Origin: Bacteroidales bacterium
GTDB lineage: Bacteria > Bacteroidota > Bacteroidia > Bacteroidales > JAIPAP01
Assembly: GCA_021740045.1 (NCBI GenBank)
Contig: JAIPAP010000001.1
Location: 11,817-75,816, forward strand
Direction of reading: 5' to 3'
DNA: 64,000 bases
The position numbers were made by a program, and so were the translations under genes. The notes beneath the pieces were generated by a model. The model saw only the letters and a list, made by a program, of their open reading frames with translations. It had not been told where the DNA came from and did not search any database. This document shows positions 1 to 10,448 of this stretch, piece after piece; within the stretch, counting starts at the first letter, position 1; each line of letters starts with the position of its first letter.

Positions 1-100
1 GCACGATAAGTGTGATCTGCATAACCCTTGTTAATATCTTTTTGGCTTTGTGCCAGAATAATTGGTTTGTTATATAAAAAAACTTTATACATTTGCTTTC

Positions 101-742
101 ATGATTTTTAACAAAGATACGGCTCAAGCAACAGCAGAATATCTATTGCAAATTAAAGCAATAAAATTAGATAATGCTAATCCATTTACCTGGACCTCCG
201 GCATAAGATCGCCCATTTATTGCGACAACCGGAAAACCCTTTCTTATCCCCGGATTAGAACATTTATCCGCCAGCAATTTACCAAGCTTATTCATGAAGA
301 ATATGGCGATGTGGATGTGGTAGCCGGGGTTGCTACCGGGGCTATTGCCCATGGAGTATTGGTTGCCCAGGATCTGGGAGTGCCTTTTGTTTATGTGCGT
401 TCCTCGCAAAAAGAGCATGGCCTGCAAAATAAAATTGAAGGTGTGGTGGAGTCCGGACAGTCGGTTGTGGTAGTGGAGGATCTTATCTCAACAGGCAAGA
501 GCAGCTTGGCGGCAGTGGATGCTCTTCGTGAAGGGGGGTTTTATGTAAAGGGCATGGCCGCGATATTTACCTATGGACTTGAGAAGGCTATACAGAGCTT
601 TAAGGAAAGCAATTGCATGTTGAAAACCCTAACCGACTATAATACTTTAATCCAAATAGCCCAGGAAAAGGGCTTTATTAAAGAATCCGACATATCCTCC
701 CTTATGGAATGGCGGAGTAACCCCGAAGCCTGGAGAAGATAG
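101..742 (+). CDS. pyrE: orotate phosphoribosyltransferase
   Basis: Type I PRTase with PRPP-binding loop 'VVVVEDLISTGKSS'. The ORF track opens at TTG 62, but ATG 101 ('MIFNKDTAQ') gives the usual ~213-aa length. Confidence 0.9.
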   Translation: MIFNKDTAQATAEYLLQIKAIKLDNANPFTWTSGIRSPIYCDNRKTLSYPRIRTFIRQQFTKLIHEEYGDVDVVAGVATGAIAHGVLVAQDLGVPFVYVRSSQKEHGLQNKIEGVVESGQSVVVVEDLISTGKSSLAAVDALREGGFYVKGMAAIFTYGLEKAIQSFKESNCMLKTLTDYNTLIQIAQEKGFIKESDISSLMEWRSNPEAWRR

Positions 743-795
743 CGCTAATTGAACAATTAGCCGGATTATGTTGCTCATTATAAAAACCAATATTT

Positions 796-1206
796 ATGAC
801 CACGATCTCGAGTGAGAAAAAAAGAGTAAATGTTCCCTTACATGATCTTTATACCTTTATGGCCGACCTCCGGAATTATGAGCAATTAATGCCTGAGCAA
901 GTGGAAGGTTGGAGCGCAACAGCCGAAGAGTGTGCATTTAGTGTTAAAAACCTTGGTAGTTTAAGCCTGCGAATCGAATCAAAAGAGCCCGATTCGCGTA
1001 TCAATATCCAACCCGATGGGAGCATACCTTTTGATATGTCGATGGCCTGTTTTCTTAATAAGGCCGGCGAAAAAAGCGCGAACATTCAAATTGTAATCAG
1101 CGCCGAAATGAGCCCGATGTATAAGATGATGGCCGAGCGACCCCTGAATAACCTGGTTAATATTATGGTGGAGAAATTGGAACAGGCTGATATTAAACCG
1201 CAATAA
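796..1206 (+). CDS. SRPBCC-like small protein (function unknown)
   Basis: 136-aa ORF whose beta-rich pattern and C-terminal helix resemble START/SRPBCC ligand-binding proteins. No catalytic motif was recognised. Confidence 0.4.
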   Translation: MTTISSEKKRVNVPLHDLYTFMADLRNYEQLMPEQVEGWSATAEECAFSVKNLGSLSLRIESKEPDSRINIQPDGSIPFDMSMACFLNKAGEKSANIQIVISAEMSPMYKMMAERPLNNLVNIMVEKLEQADIKPQ

Positions 1207-1337
1207 TCCCGGCGTTAATGTGTATTGTTATTTAAGGATGGAACAAGATGATGAATATAACCCAAATTGACCGATCCATTTTCCCTGCTTGTTCCCGAGC
1301 ATGATACACCGTGTCAATTCCAGGAGATTTGAGGGGT

Positions 1338-2105
1338 TCATAATACAAACTCTACTTCCTTAAAATTTGCGGCAATAACTGATCCGTCACGTTTTTCAAG
1401 GATCAGTTGCCCCATGTGATTAATATCTGCAATTCTGGCTTCAAATTCCCGGTTGTCCTGAAGAAAAGTGTGATAACCTGTCTTCCGGAAAAGATTATCC
1501 CAATAATCGCGGTCGATCACCTTAAAATGACCCTCTTTAGCTTGGCGGTAACGGGCAAGCAGAGAGTCTTTCAATTTGGTTAACAATCGCTTCAAGTTGA
1601 TGTTTTTGTTTGTCAGGTTCTTCATGGATACCGGATTGGGAGCGCCACTGTAAAAGGTTTCCTGGTTTACATTTAACCCTATTCCGGCAACAGTTTGGCT
1701 TAAATAAAAGCCGGTTATGACATTTTTGGTCAATATACCCGCTATTTTCAGGTTTCCTGCATAAATGTCATTCGGCCATTTTATACTAATTTCTTCGGCC
1801 GGAAGATAATCTTTCAATACATCAACAATTGCCAGGGAGATGATCTTATTCAGATAGAATTGCCTGTCGGCTTCGAGAAAATAAGGGTATAGCACCAGGC
1901 TTAAGGTGATGTTCATACCCGCCTGGCTTTCCCATTGATTAGCGCCATAGCCTTTGCCGGCAGTTTGTTCATGAGTGCTTACTATGGTCCCTTCCGGGGG
2001 ATCGCTATCACGAATAAGCTGCCATGCATAATCATTGGTCGATTTAACCTTATCGAGGTTTATCACCGGGGTTTCTTTATACTGATTGTTGGCTGTTTTC
2101 TCCAT
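1338..2105 (-). CDS. birA: biotin--[acetyl-CoA-carboxylase] ligase (group I, no N-terminal HTH)
   Basis: 'TAGKGYGANQWESQAGMN' matches the GxGxxGRxW biotin/ATP loop of BirA. At 255 aa it lacks a repressor domain. Confidence 0.85.
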   Translation of the reverse strand: MEKTANNQYKETPVINLDKVKSTNDYAWQLIRDSDPPEGTIVSTHEQTAGKGYGANQWESQAGMNITLSLVLYPYFLEADRQFYLNKIISLAIVDVLKDYLPAEEISIKWPNDIYAGNLKIAGILTKNVITGFYLSQTVAGIGLNVNQETFYSGAPNPVSMKNLTNKNINLKRLLTKLKDSLLARYRQAKEGHFKVIDRDYWDNLFRKTGYHTFLQDNREFEARIADINHMGQLILEKRDGSVIAANFKEVEFVL

Positions 2106-2363
2106 TTTACCTCATTTTCAATCATAAACAAATTGGTATAAAAGTTGTTCCAACCGTGCAATAATATGGGAACGAATTCACTTTATATTAAATTGGTCAC
2201 TTTAGAACGTCCTAATTTAAAAAATTCTTAAAATAAGATACGACCATTTATAGTTTTAAGTGTTGTAAGGTATAAAGTGAAATAAAAAGGAAAATAATTA
2301 GGATAATGCAATTAGCGCCTGGACGGAACAAAACTCCATCCCGGCGCAATTGTTAAAATTAAT

Positions 2364-2371
2364 TAATTTTG
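2364..2371 (+). promoter_or_regulatory. candidate Bacteroidota -7 box (TAATTTTG) for rsfS-ftsH
   Basis: Exact TAnnTTTG match 25 nt upstream of ATG 2396. No clear TTTG -33 element at the expected spacing. Confidence 0.35.
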
Positions 2372-2395
2372 CTTCGATTAACGAAAAAGGCATAA

Positions 2396-2773
2396 ATGGA
2401 TAAAACAAATACCAGTACTGATTCAAGCATGTTATCGGAAACATTGGTAAATGGTATTCAGAAAAAGAAGGGTAAAGAAATTGTAAGACTTGATTTGACG
2501 AATGTAGCTAATGCTGTGTCTGATTATTTTATCATCTGTCACGGCACCTCAAAAACTCAGGTGGAAGCGATAGCCGATGCGGTTGAAGAGGAAGCCGGAA
2601 AGAATCTTGGAATGGATCCCTGGCATAAGGAGGGTTTTGAAAATGCCGAGTGGGTGCTTATCGACTTTGTAGATGTGGTTGTGCATATTTTCCAGGAACA
2701 AACCCGCCGCTTCTATGACTTGGAAGGATTGTGGGCTGATGCTGAAATGGAACGCTACACATCATCTGACTAA
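2396..2773 (+). CDS. rsfS: ribosome silencing factor
   Basis: 'DYFIICHGTSKTQVEAIADAV' and 'WVLIDFVDVVVHIF' are typical RsfS/iojap motifs. 125 aa, directly upstream of ftsH. Confidence 0.9.
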   Translation: MDKTNTSTDSSMLSETLVNGIQKKKGKEIVRLDLTNVANAVSDYFIICHGTSKTQVEAIADAVEEEAGKNLGMDPWHKEGFENAEWVLIDFVDVVVHIFQEQTRRFYDLEGLWADAEMERYTSSD

Positions 2774-2812
2774 TTAAGTTTTCTTAATAAAAAATAAACC
2801 GGAATATAACGA

Positions 2813-5194
2813 ATGAACTTACGAGATATTCAAAATAAGGCTAAAGGCCAGAAATCTGAAGGTAATGGAGACGAAAAACAATCCGGTTCTTCAGGCAAGG
2901 ACAATAAGGGTAAATTTAATTTTTATTGGATATATGCCCTATTGGCACTTGTATTTATTGGAATGCAGTTCTTCAATTGGGGCGGCGGCACAAAAGAAGT
3001 TGCTTGGGGAGAATTAAAGAGTATGCTCACCAATGGTGAGGTAGAGAAGATAGTTGTTGTTAATAAGGAAAAAGCTGAGATATATCTTACTGCTTCGGCC
3101 CTTGAGCGTGAAGAACACAAGGATGTCCGCCAGGATGGTTTTGGTGCTGGTGGAGGGCCTCATTATTACTACGTTCTCGGATCTTATGAAACCTTTAAGG
3201 AAGATGTGGAAAACGCCCAGCAGAATCTTCAAGACCCTGTTTATATCCACAATGAACGGCGGCGCAACTGGGGAGGTGAGATCCTCGGTTGGTTGCTCCC
3301 GATTATTATCCTGGTAGCCATTTGGTTTTTCCTCATGCGAATGATGAGCCGTGGCGGGCCAGGCGGTGGAGGCCAGTTGTTCAATATCGGCAAATCAAAA
3401 GCCCAGCTTTATGATAAGGAAACATCGGTAAACATCGACTTTAATGATGTGGCCGGGCTCGAAGAAGCCAAGGTTGAAATACGGGAGATTGTCGAATTCC
3501 TGAAAGCCCCCAAAAAATATACACGCCTCGGTGGTAAAATTCCCAAAGGTGCACTGCTGGTTGGGCCTCCAGGAACCGGTAAAACCTTGCTTGCACGGGC
3601 CGTTGCCGGTGAAGCTCAGGTACCGTTTTTCTCCCTTTCGGGTTCCGATTTTGTGGAGATGTTTGTTGGTGTTGGTGCCTCGCGTGTTCGTGATTTATTT
3701 AAGCAGGCCAAAGAAAAGGCGCCTTGTATCATCTTCATCGATGAGATCGACGCCATTGGCCGTTCAAGAGGCCGGAACATGATGACGGGAGCCAATGATG
3801 AACGGGAAAATACCCTTAACCAGCTTCTTTCGGAAATGGATGGCTTCTCAAGTAACACCGGCGTTATCATTCTGGCAGCAACCAACCGGGCTGATGTTCT
3901 CGACAGGGCATTGCTACGGGCCGGACGATTCGACCGTCAAATTCACGTTGAATTGCCTGACCTTGAAGAGCGTAAAGCGATTTTTGCGGTGCATATGAAA
4001 CCCGTGGAAATCGGCGACGATGTTAATACTGATATTCTGGCCCGGCAAACACCCGGATTTAGCGGCGCCGATATTGCAAACGTATGTAACGAGGCTGCCT
4101 TGATCGGTGCCCGGCAAAATCATGATAAGGTCAACCGGCAAGACTTCATGGATGCCATCGACCGGATTGTGGCCGGTCTTGAAAAACGAAGCAAGATCAT
4201 TTCGAAAAAAGAGAAACGAACCATTGCTTATCATGAGTCAGGACATGCCTCGGTAAGCTGGTTGCTGAAATATGCGCATCCCCTGGTGAAGGTGACCATT
4301 GTGCCACGCGGCAAAGCATTAGGAGCTGCCTGGTACCTGCCCGAAGAAAGGCAGATCACCACCTTCGACCAGATGTACGATGAAATGACAGCCGCATTGG
4401 CCGGTAGGGCCTCTGAGGAAATTACCTTCGGCCGGATTTCTACAGGCGCACTTAACGACCTGGAGAAAGTGACCAAACAAGCTTATGCGATGGTTGTTTA
4501 TTTCGGCCTTAACAAGCGCTTGGGTAATATCAGCTTTTACGACTCAACCGGCCGCTCGGAATATTCTTTCCAGAAACCATATAGTGAGCGCACCGCTGAA
4601 GTGATCGACGAAGAGATCAGTAAATTAGTGGAAAGTGCTTATCAACGTGCCAAGAAATTATTGCTCGATAATTATGATAAACTGGAAACCCTGGCTGAAA
4701 TGCTGTTGAAAAAAGAGGTGATCTACCGCGAAGATCTGGAGAAGATTTTCGGTAAACGCCCTTATGATGATAAAGAAATAGAAGAAAAAACCACCTCATC
4801 GGGAAACCTTGGTAACGGAGGTGAATTGGGAGAAAAATCAAAGCCGAAGAAGGAAGAGAAGGATAGTGAATACGAAAAGCAAGAAGAGGAGCAGGCTGAA
4901 GCTAAAGGTGATGAAAATACTAAAGAAAATGACAAAGAAAGCGCAGGTGATGAAGACCCTCCTGCTCTTACCGATATTGTTAAAGATAAAATAGAAAAGA
5001 AAAAGCAAGAGGAAGAACAGCAAAAAGCCCGGGAAAAAGAAGATGCAAAACAGCAGCAGAAAGAGCAGCATGCTTCACGGGACAATAAACAGGAAAAGGA
5101 TGACAAAACATCCGACAAAAAGGGCAGGAAAAAGAGCTCCAAAAGTAATCCCCCTTCCGGTAAGGATAAAGAGGGAGATGATTCTGAAAAATAG
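2813..5194 (+). CDS. ftsH: ATP-dependent zinc metalloprotease FtsH with a long K/E-rich C-terminal tail
   Basis: Two N-terminal TM segments, Walker A 'GPPGTGKT', Walker B 'IIFIDEIDA', zinc site 'HESGHA'. The last ~145 aa are low-complexity K/E/D/Q. Confidence 0.95.
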   Translation: MNLRDIQNKAKGQKSEGNGDEKQSGSSGKDNKGKFNFYWIYALLALVFIGMQFFNWGGGTKEVAWGELKSMLTNGEVEKIVVVNKEKAEIYLTASALEREEHKDVRQDGFGAGGGPHYYYVLGSYETFKEDVENAQQNLQDPVYIHNERRRNWGGEILGWLLPIIILVAIWFFLMRMMSRGGPGGGGQLFNIGKSKAQLYDKETSVNIDFNDVAGLEEAKVEIREIVEFLKAPKKYTRLGGKIPKGALLVGPPGTGKTLLARAVAGEAQVPFFSLSGSDFVEMFVGVGASRVRDLFKQAKEKAPCIIFIDEIDAIGRSRGRNMMTGANDERENTLNQLLSEMDGFSSNTGVIILAATNRADVLDRALLRAGRFDRQIHVELPDLEERKAIFAVHMKPVEIGDDVNTDILARQTPGFSGADIANVCNEAALIGARQNHDKVNRQDFMDAIDRIVAGLEKRSKIISKKEKRTIAYHESGHASVSWLLKYAHPLVKVTIVPRGKALGAAWYLPEERQITTFDQMYDEMTAALAGRASEEITFGRISTGALNDLEKVTKQAYAMVVYFGLNKRLGNISFYDSTGRSEYSFQKPYSERTAEVIDEEISKLVESAYQRAKKLLLDNYDKLETLAEMLLKKEVIYREDLEKIFGKRPYDDKEIEEKTTSSGNLGNGGELGEKSKPKKEEKDSEYEKQEEEQAEAKGDENTKENDKESAGDEDPPALTDIVKDKIEKKKQEEEQQKAREKEDAKQQQKEQHASRDNKQEKDDKTSDKKGRKKSSKSNPPSGKDKEGDDSEK

Positions 5195-5230
5195 TCTTTT
5201 TTCAATGCCGGCACAAATGATTTAATTCAT

Positions 5231-5261
5231 AGGGAGGAAAAGCTTAATGGCTTACCTCCCT
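5231..5261 (+). terminator. candidate stem-loop terminator after ftsH
   Basis: AGGGAGG/CCTCCCT 7-bp stem plus an inner AAGC/GCTT stem, followed by the T-rich GATTTATT. Confidence 0.5.
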
Positions 5262-5280
5262 GATTTATTCATAAAGGTAA

Positions 5281-5511
5281 GTGAAACCAAACAGCAGAAC
5301 ATTGGATTCAAACTGGACAAAAGTATACACCTCCACACAACAATACAAGGTGGAACTAATCAAAGGATTATTAGCCGAAAACAATATAGAAAGTGTTTCG
5401 GTTAATAAACAGGACTCGGCTTACTTATTCGGCGAAATAGAGTTGTATGTCCATGTTGAGCATGCTTTTAAAGCGAATCAAATCATAAAACAGGCAGAGC
5501 GTGAAGAATAA
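5281..5511 (+). CDS. DUF2007-like small protein
   Basis: 76-aa ORF with a GTG start. 'VELIKGLLAENNIES...' resembles putative signal-transducing DUF2007 proteins. Overlaps the cdsA start. Confidence 0.5.
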   Translation: MKPNSRTLDSNWTKVYTSTQQYKVELIKGLLAENNIESVSVNKQDSAYLFGEIELYVHVEHAFKANQIIKQAEREE

Positions 5512-6319
5512 CCTTGTATTGCGAACTATTACCGGGATTGGTTATGTGGGTTTGGTGGTTGGCTCTATTCTCCTGAGCCCGGTGGCTTTTGCAATGTTGT
5601 TTTTTTTGATCACCCTGCTGGGATTGCTCGAGTTTTATAAGATGATGCACCATGGTAATGTTCAACCTCAAAAAGTGTGGGGAGCTATTGTTGGGCTTCT
5701 GTATTATGTGATCATTACCCTGGCTGTTAGCGACCTGATACCAATGATGTGGCTATGGACCGGTTTATTGTTCCTGTTCTCCATTTTCATTGCCGAGCTT
5801 TACCGGAAAAAGGAGAGACCCTTTGCCAACATAGGGGCCACCATACTGGGTTTCTTATATGTGGTATTGCCTTTTGCACTTCTAAATTTCTTTTTTAAAG
5901 TGCCACAAATCAGTGACTCCTATCAAATTTTGCTGGGCTTCTTTATAATTTTATGGACAAATGATACTTTTGCTTATATAATTGGCGTTACGATCGGAAA
6001 GCATAAGTTTTTTGAGCGATTATCCCCCAAAAAAACATGGGAGGGAAGCATTGGGGGCGCTTTAATGGGATTGCTGGCAGCTTGGGTATTATACAATTAT
6101 TGTGATAGTTTCACATTAATTCAGTGGTTGACTTATGCAGTTGTGATAATTATCTTTGGCACACTGGGCGACCTTAGTGAATCACAATTGAAAAGAAGCC
6201 AGAATTGCAAGGATTCGGGCGATTTGTTACCAGGCCACGGAGGCATACTCGACAGGCTCGATAGTGTTATATTAGCCTCCCCGTTTGCGTTTTTTTATAT
6301 TTTGTTAATTGGATTATAA
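5501..6319 (+). CDS. cdsA: phosphatidate cytidylyltransferase
   Basis: Polytopic membrane protein with the CDS signature 'SPKKTWEGSIGG' and 'GHGGILDRLDS'. Confidence 0.85.
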   Translation: MKNNLVLRTITGIGYVGLVVGSILLSPVAFAMLFFLITLLGLLEFYKMMHHGNVQPQKVWGAIVGLLYYVIITLAVSDLIPMMWLWTGLLFLFSIFIAELYRKKERPFANIGATILGFLYVVLPFALLNFFFKVPQISDSYQILLGFFIILWTNDTFAYIIGVTIGKHKFFERLSPKKTWEGSIGGALMGLLAAWVLYNYCDSFTLIQWLTYAVVIIIFGTLGDLSESQLKRSQNCKDSGDLLPGHGGILDRLDSVILASPFAFFYILLIGL

Positions 6320-6322
6320 ATA

Positions 6323-6982
6323 ATGAAGATACACAAGGAAGGGCATAAGATCATATTTATCATGCTAGTGATTGTGGGGATCATAAACCTGTTAATAAAC
6401 TGGTATTTCCCCAAGCAAACACCTTTTCATGGAGTGGTGTATGGGGTAAGTGTGGTGTTTTTGTTTTTGGTGGTACGGTTTTTCCGAATTCCTGTAAGAA
6501 ATTTTGGCAACGATGATAACCACATTATTAGCTCGGCAGACGGTAAGGTTGTTGTAATAGAAGAAACCGACGATCCTGAATACCCTGGTGGGAAATGCAG
6601 GCAAATTTCTGTTTTTATGTCCATCTTCAATATACACATCAATTGGTTCCCTATAAACGGCAAAGTAAAATACATTAAATATCACCCCGGAAAATACCTG
6701 GTTGCATACCACCCCAAAGCATCCATGGAAAATGAAATGAATTCAGTACTCGTTGAGGGTATGAACGAGAAAAATGTACTTGTTCGGCAAATCGCCGGCG
6801 CTGTGGCACGCCGAATCGTTTGCAGCGCTCATGAAGAGGATAAAGCCCATCAAGGCCATGAACTGGGGATCATTAAATTCGGCTCCCGGGTCGATATGCT
6901 TTTACCATTGGATGCCAAGGTGGAGGTTAAAATTGGCCAAAAAGTTAAAGGAGGCGAAACACTCATCGCAACCTTCGACTAA
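6323..6982 (+). CDS. psd: phosphatidylserine decarboxylase family protein (short form)
   Basis: N-terminal TM segments and a 'FGSRVD' self-cleavage (GS) motif near the C-terminus. Follows cdsA. Confidence 0.85.
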   Translation: MKIHKEGHKIIFIMLVIVGIINLLINWYFPKQTPFHGVVYGVSVVFLFLVVRFFRIPVRNFGNDDNHIISSADGKVVVIEETDDPEYPGGKCRQISVFMSIFNIHINWFPINGKVKYIKYHPGKYLVAYHPKASMENEMNSVLVEGMNEKNVLVRQIAGAVARRIVCSAHEEDKAHQGHELGIIKFGSRVDMLLPLDAKVEVKIGQKVKGGETLIATFD

Positions 6983-7674
6983 AGAATACTTTTCAAATCT
7001 TTTAATGAATCAATCACATAAGTAATGCCTCCGTTATGTTGAATATTGCTGTGATTAACCAGTACCTGGTCTATGCCGGCATTACGGGCGCCATCAATAT
7101 CCGACTCGGGATCGTCACCTATCATTAAACATTCATCGGCATTGGCGCCTGTTTTATCAAGTGTATATTCGAATATCCGTATGTCGGGCTTCTTGTAACC
7201 GGCTTCTTCGGAGGTTATGATGTGCTCAAAATATTTTTCCAGGTCCGATTTTTTAACCTTTACATCCTGCACTTCTTTAAATCCATTGGTGATTATGTGC
7301 AAATGATAATAAGGCTTCAGGTAAGTAAGGATTTCGTGGGTATGTGGCAACAAGTGAGTTTGCAATGGGCTTAATTCCAGGTATTCTTTTGCGAAGGCTT
7401 TGACCAATTCAGGGTCCGTTATCCCGAAATCACCCAAGGCTATTTCAAAACGTTTCACACTCAAGACATCTTTTTCGATGTCCCCATTGCGATACATCTC
7501 CCACAGGCGTAAGTTGTGCTCACGATAATTATTAAGGAATTCATTAAAATTACAGCAATCCGATTCATCCAGCCTGTATTTATTAAATAGCTCCTTAAAA
7601 GTTTCCGTGGAGTTTCTGTCAAAATCCCATAAGGTACGGTCGAGGTCGAAAAACAAGTGCTTGTATTTATTCAT
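6979..7674 (-). CDS. HAD-IA family hydrolase (YjjG-like nucleotidase type)
   Basis: Motif I 'FFDLDRTLWDF' and motif IV 'MIGDDPESDIDGA'. Its 3' end overlaps the psd stop by 4 nt. Confidence 0.75.
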   Translation of the reverse strand: MNKYKHLFFDLDRTLWDFDRNSTETFKELFNKYRLDESDCCNFNEFLNNYREHNLRLWEMYRNGDIEKDVLSVKRFEIALGDFGITDPELVKAFAKEYLELSPLQTHLLPHTHEILTYLKPYYHLHIITNGFKEVQDVKVKKSDLEKYFEHIITSEEAGYKKPDIRIFEYTLDKTGANADECLMIGDDPESDIDGARNAGIDQVLVNHSNIQHNGGITYVIDSLKDLKSIL

Positions 7675-7830
7675 ATTCTTTAAACCCGTTAATTGGCTTA
7701 GTATTGTTATGCCTTTAAATGAATTGCGGGCAAAAATAATGGATCCTTATAACCAAAGGTCGCTAAATTCGATCAAAATGAGTATATTCATGGCACAAAC
7801 ATTTAACCGCTATAATACAGAAAAGAATCG

Positions 7831-8439
7831 ATGATATTTGACGATTATATAACATTGCTTCGCGAGGTGTCCGATAACCTCGATGCTTCACTAAACTATA
7901 GGGTTGCCTCAATCTACCGGGCCAAGGAAAAATGGATAAATATCCAAGGCCGGCATCAATATGGAGTTATTCATTTTTGTGCTTCTCGAATCCATAATCC
8001 GTTTTCGGGTGTGTATTTTCCATTTAAAGTTGACCGTGAAAAAACTCCCACGGTTGTACAGGCTAAGGATACACGCCTGCGACTGAGTGTTGCATTGGGT
8101 AAAAAAGTCATCAAAACGGGTCATCATAATTTTGATAAGGCCTTTGCTATTTGGGGCAGCGATCAGGCGCTTATTAACTATATTGCGGGGTCGGAAGGCA
8201 TCAGGCAATTATTGCTCAACAATCGCTTTCTGGGTTTTGGCATAAAAGATGCCACCGGATTATTCGAGCGCCAGGATGGTGAAAGAGTTGCAGTTCTTTT
8301 TGCTGAAACGAATTTTTGGATGCAGGATAAAAAGCTGATCAAACAGCTATTTGACTCGATCAACCAAGCGGCTGCTTATATTTTTCCCGGTAAAAAGGAA
8401 GAAGCTGAAAGGCAGCATTATTTGATGAGAATGGATTAA
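7831..8439 (+). CDS. hypothetical protein
   Basis: 202-aa ORF with no overlapping better ORF and no recognised motif. Confidence 0.5.
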   Translation: MIFDDYITLLREVSDNLDASLNYRVASIYRAKEKWINIQGRHQYGVIHFCASRIHNPFSGVYFPFKVDREKTPTVVQAKDTRLRLSVALGKKVIKTGHHNFDKAFAIWGSDQALINYIAGSEGIRQLLLNNRFLGFGIKDATGLFERQDGERVAVLFAETNFWMQDKKLIKQLFDSINQAAAYIFPGKKEEAERQHYLMRMD

Positions 8440-8450
8440 AAAAGCTGTAT

Positions 8451-9719
8451 ATGGTTTCGTGGTTCGATGATTTATCATTTCCAAAACTATTCATTGTGGG
8501 CATTATGGTGCTCATTCCCCTGTTGGTTTCACAAACCTCTAAAAAGCTCCACCTGCCCAACATTGTTGCTTACATGGTGGCAGGTATTATTTTGGGACCA
8601 TCGGTGCTTAATTTCCTTAATGAAAAAACCCTGGGTAATATGGAATTTATTACTCATATGGTATTGGGTTTTGTGGCTTTTAAAATTGGATTGGAAGTCA
8701 ATCTTCAGAGATTGAAAGCTCATGGAAAAGGAATTATTGTAACTACTCTTTCCGAGTCGTTTTTGGCGGTTTTTGCAGTGGCATTTCTGTTGTATGTGCT
8801 CACCGGCAATGTAGCCCTTTCCATAATTTTCGGAGCCCTGGCGCCGGCTAGTGCCCCTGCCGGAACTATAGCGGTTATCGATGAAACCCGGTCGCAGGGG
8901 TCGCTTACACATACGCTATATTCTGTAGTTGGGATAGATGACGGCCTGGGGATTATCATCTTCGGAATTTTCAGTCCCATAGCGCTCTTTTTATTAAGCC
9001 ACAGTGGTAATGGGGTTGAAATGAATGGAGCCTTCTGGGCCTCATTTTTGGAGCCTTTCCGCGAAATTGGTTTGAGTGTGTTACTCGGTGGAGCCGTTGG
9101 CTTGGTTTTTATCTGGCTGACCCGTTTTAAAGGATTCAGAGATGAACTATTGCCCTTAACTTTTGGGGCTGTAATTATTATTGTCGGGATAAGTGAATTG
9201 GCTAATCTTTCGGAGATACTTTCCAATATGATATTTGGATTGGTATTGGGGAATTACCCCAATTGTGAGCGCATTAAGAAGTTTGAGGAGGAAGAGATCG
9301 GTTTTATGCTTCCGTTGTTTTATCTCTTGTTCTTTACCATAGCCGGGGCCAATCTACATATTGAAAAACTTCCAAGCCTTGGATTAATCGGATTGTTCTA
9401 TATTGTAGGCAGAACACTAGGCTTAGGTGGAGGAGCCTTTGTGGGGGCTAGCCTTGGAAGGCTGGAGCCCAAGATTAGAAAATACCTGGGCTTTGGAATA
9501 CTGTCCCAAGCGGGTGTGGCTATTGGTCTGGCACTTATTGTTAAAAGCGAATTCCATGGCATAGGGCCAGTGATTAATGAAGCCGGAAAAACCATGGGCG
9601 ATTATATCGGTAACGTGGTGTTTACGACCATTACAGCTACCAGTGTATTTTTTGAAATATTCGGCCCCATTGCTACTAAATTTGCACTCCGAAAATCGGG
9701 CGAAGCCCGGGATGGTTAA
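8451..9719 (+). CDS. cation:proton antiporter (Na+/H+ exchanger family, CPA-type)
   Basis: About 12 TM segments. The N-terminal 'LPNIVAYMVAGIILGPSVLNF' is typical of Kef/NapA-type exchangers. Confidence 0.8.
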   Translation: MVSWFDDLSFPKLFIVGIMVLIPLLVSQTSKKLHLPNIVAYMVAGIILGPSVLNFLNEKTLGNMEFITHMVLGFVAFKIGLEVNLQRLKAHGKGIIVTTLSESFLAVFAVAFLLYVLTGNVALSIIFGALAPASAPAGTIAVIDETRSQGSLTHTLYSVVGIDDGLGIIIFGIFSPIALFLLSHSGNGVEMNGAFWASFLEPFREIGLSVLLGGAVGLVFIWLTRFKGFRDELLPLTFGAVIIIVGISELANLSEILSNMIFGLVLGNYPNCERIKKFEEEEIGFMLPLFYLLFFTIAGANLHIEKLPSLGLIGLFYIVGRTLGLGGGAFVGASLGRLEPKIRKYLGFGILSQAGVAIGLALIVKSEFHGIGPVINEAGKTMGDYIGNVVFTTITATSVFFEIFGPIATKFALRKSGEARDG

Positions 9720-9840
9720 AACTTGTATCTTTTTTAGTTAGCATGTAACATGAAAGCTAAATGCTTATTTTACATGGGTATGAGCATACAGTTAAACGTA
9801 TGAAGGGGCTATTATTTCCAAGCCGCTTAGTGGTTAGCTC

Positions 9841-10173
9841 TTACTCACCGGAAGCCTGCTCCTTACCGCCCGATGAATGTTGCGATTGCTTAAGATCTTC
9901 CACCTCCTTTTTCAACTCTTCACGCTCTGTTTCCAGTTTCGAAATGGTTTTCTTTTGGTTTTTCATGGTTCGACGTTGCTCCTGGTAGGCCCCCAATGAA
10001 AACAAGTAACTGAGAAGCGCTCCAAACACTATGGATACAAATAGCACCAAGGCTCTCGATGCACTTATGTGCCAGAAAAACAGGTTTATTTCCACCGGCT
10101 TGGTGTTCTGAAGTACAAATATGATGAGCAGGATGGATAGCAAGAGCAAGAATATGAAATTACGTTGTTTCAT
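9841..10173 (-). CDS. LapA-domain (DUF1049-like) inner-membrane protein
   Basis: Two TM helices ('FIFLLLLSILLIIFVLQN', 'ALVLFVSIVFGALLSYLF') followed by a charged coiled tail. Confidence 0.6.
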   Translation of the reverse strand: MKQRNFIFLLLLSILLIIFVLQNTKPVEINLFFWHISASRALVLFVSIVFGALLSYLFSLGAYQEQRRTMKNQKKTISKLETEREELKKEVEDLKQSQHSSGGKEQASGE

Positions 10174-10448
10174 AGCAATTCGGGTTTACCTGCAAAGGTA
10201 TTAATTATTTTCAGGCATGTTTTTTTCAAGATAAAAATTATAAGGGTATACTGTTTTCAAATCAGGTATTTAGGTAATGAATATCAAGCAACAACCCTTC
10301 ATTATTGGGAATGCATTGTAATTTTTCATAACTTTGAAAGCTGCTTGATTTATGGGGTGATCTGTTATTTTTCTATTGGTAATGAACATAATAAATTGAA
10401 TTATATGTAAAAGGCCATAATTTAATGTTTAACCTAAATACTAACCCT

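Noticed and set aside
167-427. Numerous antisense or nested ORFs of 60-230 aa in the track (for example 167-427 minus, 8720-9226 minus, 10464-11054 minus, 23168-23704 minus, 57353-57949 plus, 61971-62651 plus).
   Set aside because: Each lies entirely within a longer ORF on the other strand or frame that has clear family motifs. Their compositions (for example hexapeptide-repeat mirror frames in lpxD) are typical shadow ORFs.
1311-1345. 'GTCAATTCCAGGAGATTTGAGGGGT' next to the birA stop resembles the reverse complement of the element.
   Set aside because: Alignment requires two indels, and only short blocks of 9, 5 and 4 nt match. This is within chance for a 64-kb window.
4617-5225. Several 60-150-aa ORFs on both strands (4762-5214 minus, 4838-5071 minus, 4809-4994 plus, 5043-5225 plus).
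   Set aside because: They overlap the K/E-rich tail of ftsH. They are low-complexity mirror artefacts (S/F/L-rich) with no independent signals.
9244-9270. 'GGGGAATTACCCCAATTG' inside the antiporter CDS looks like pieces of the 26-bp element.
   Set aside because: The two halves are in the wrong order, the flanks (AAAAATA / AATTGAT) are absent, and the sequence is fully explained by the codons for 'LGNYPNCE'.
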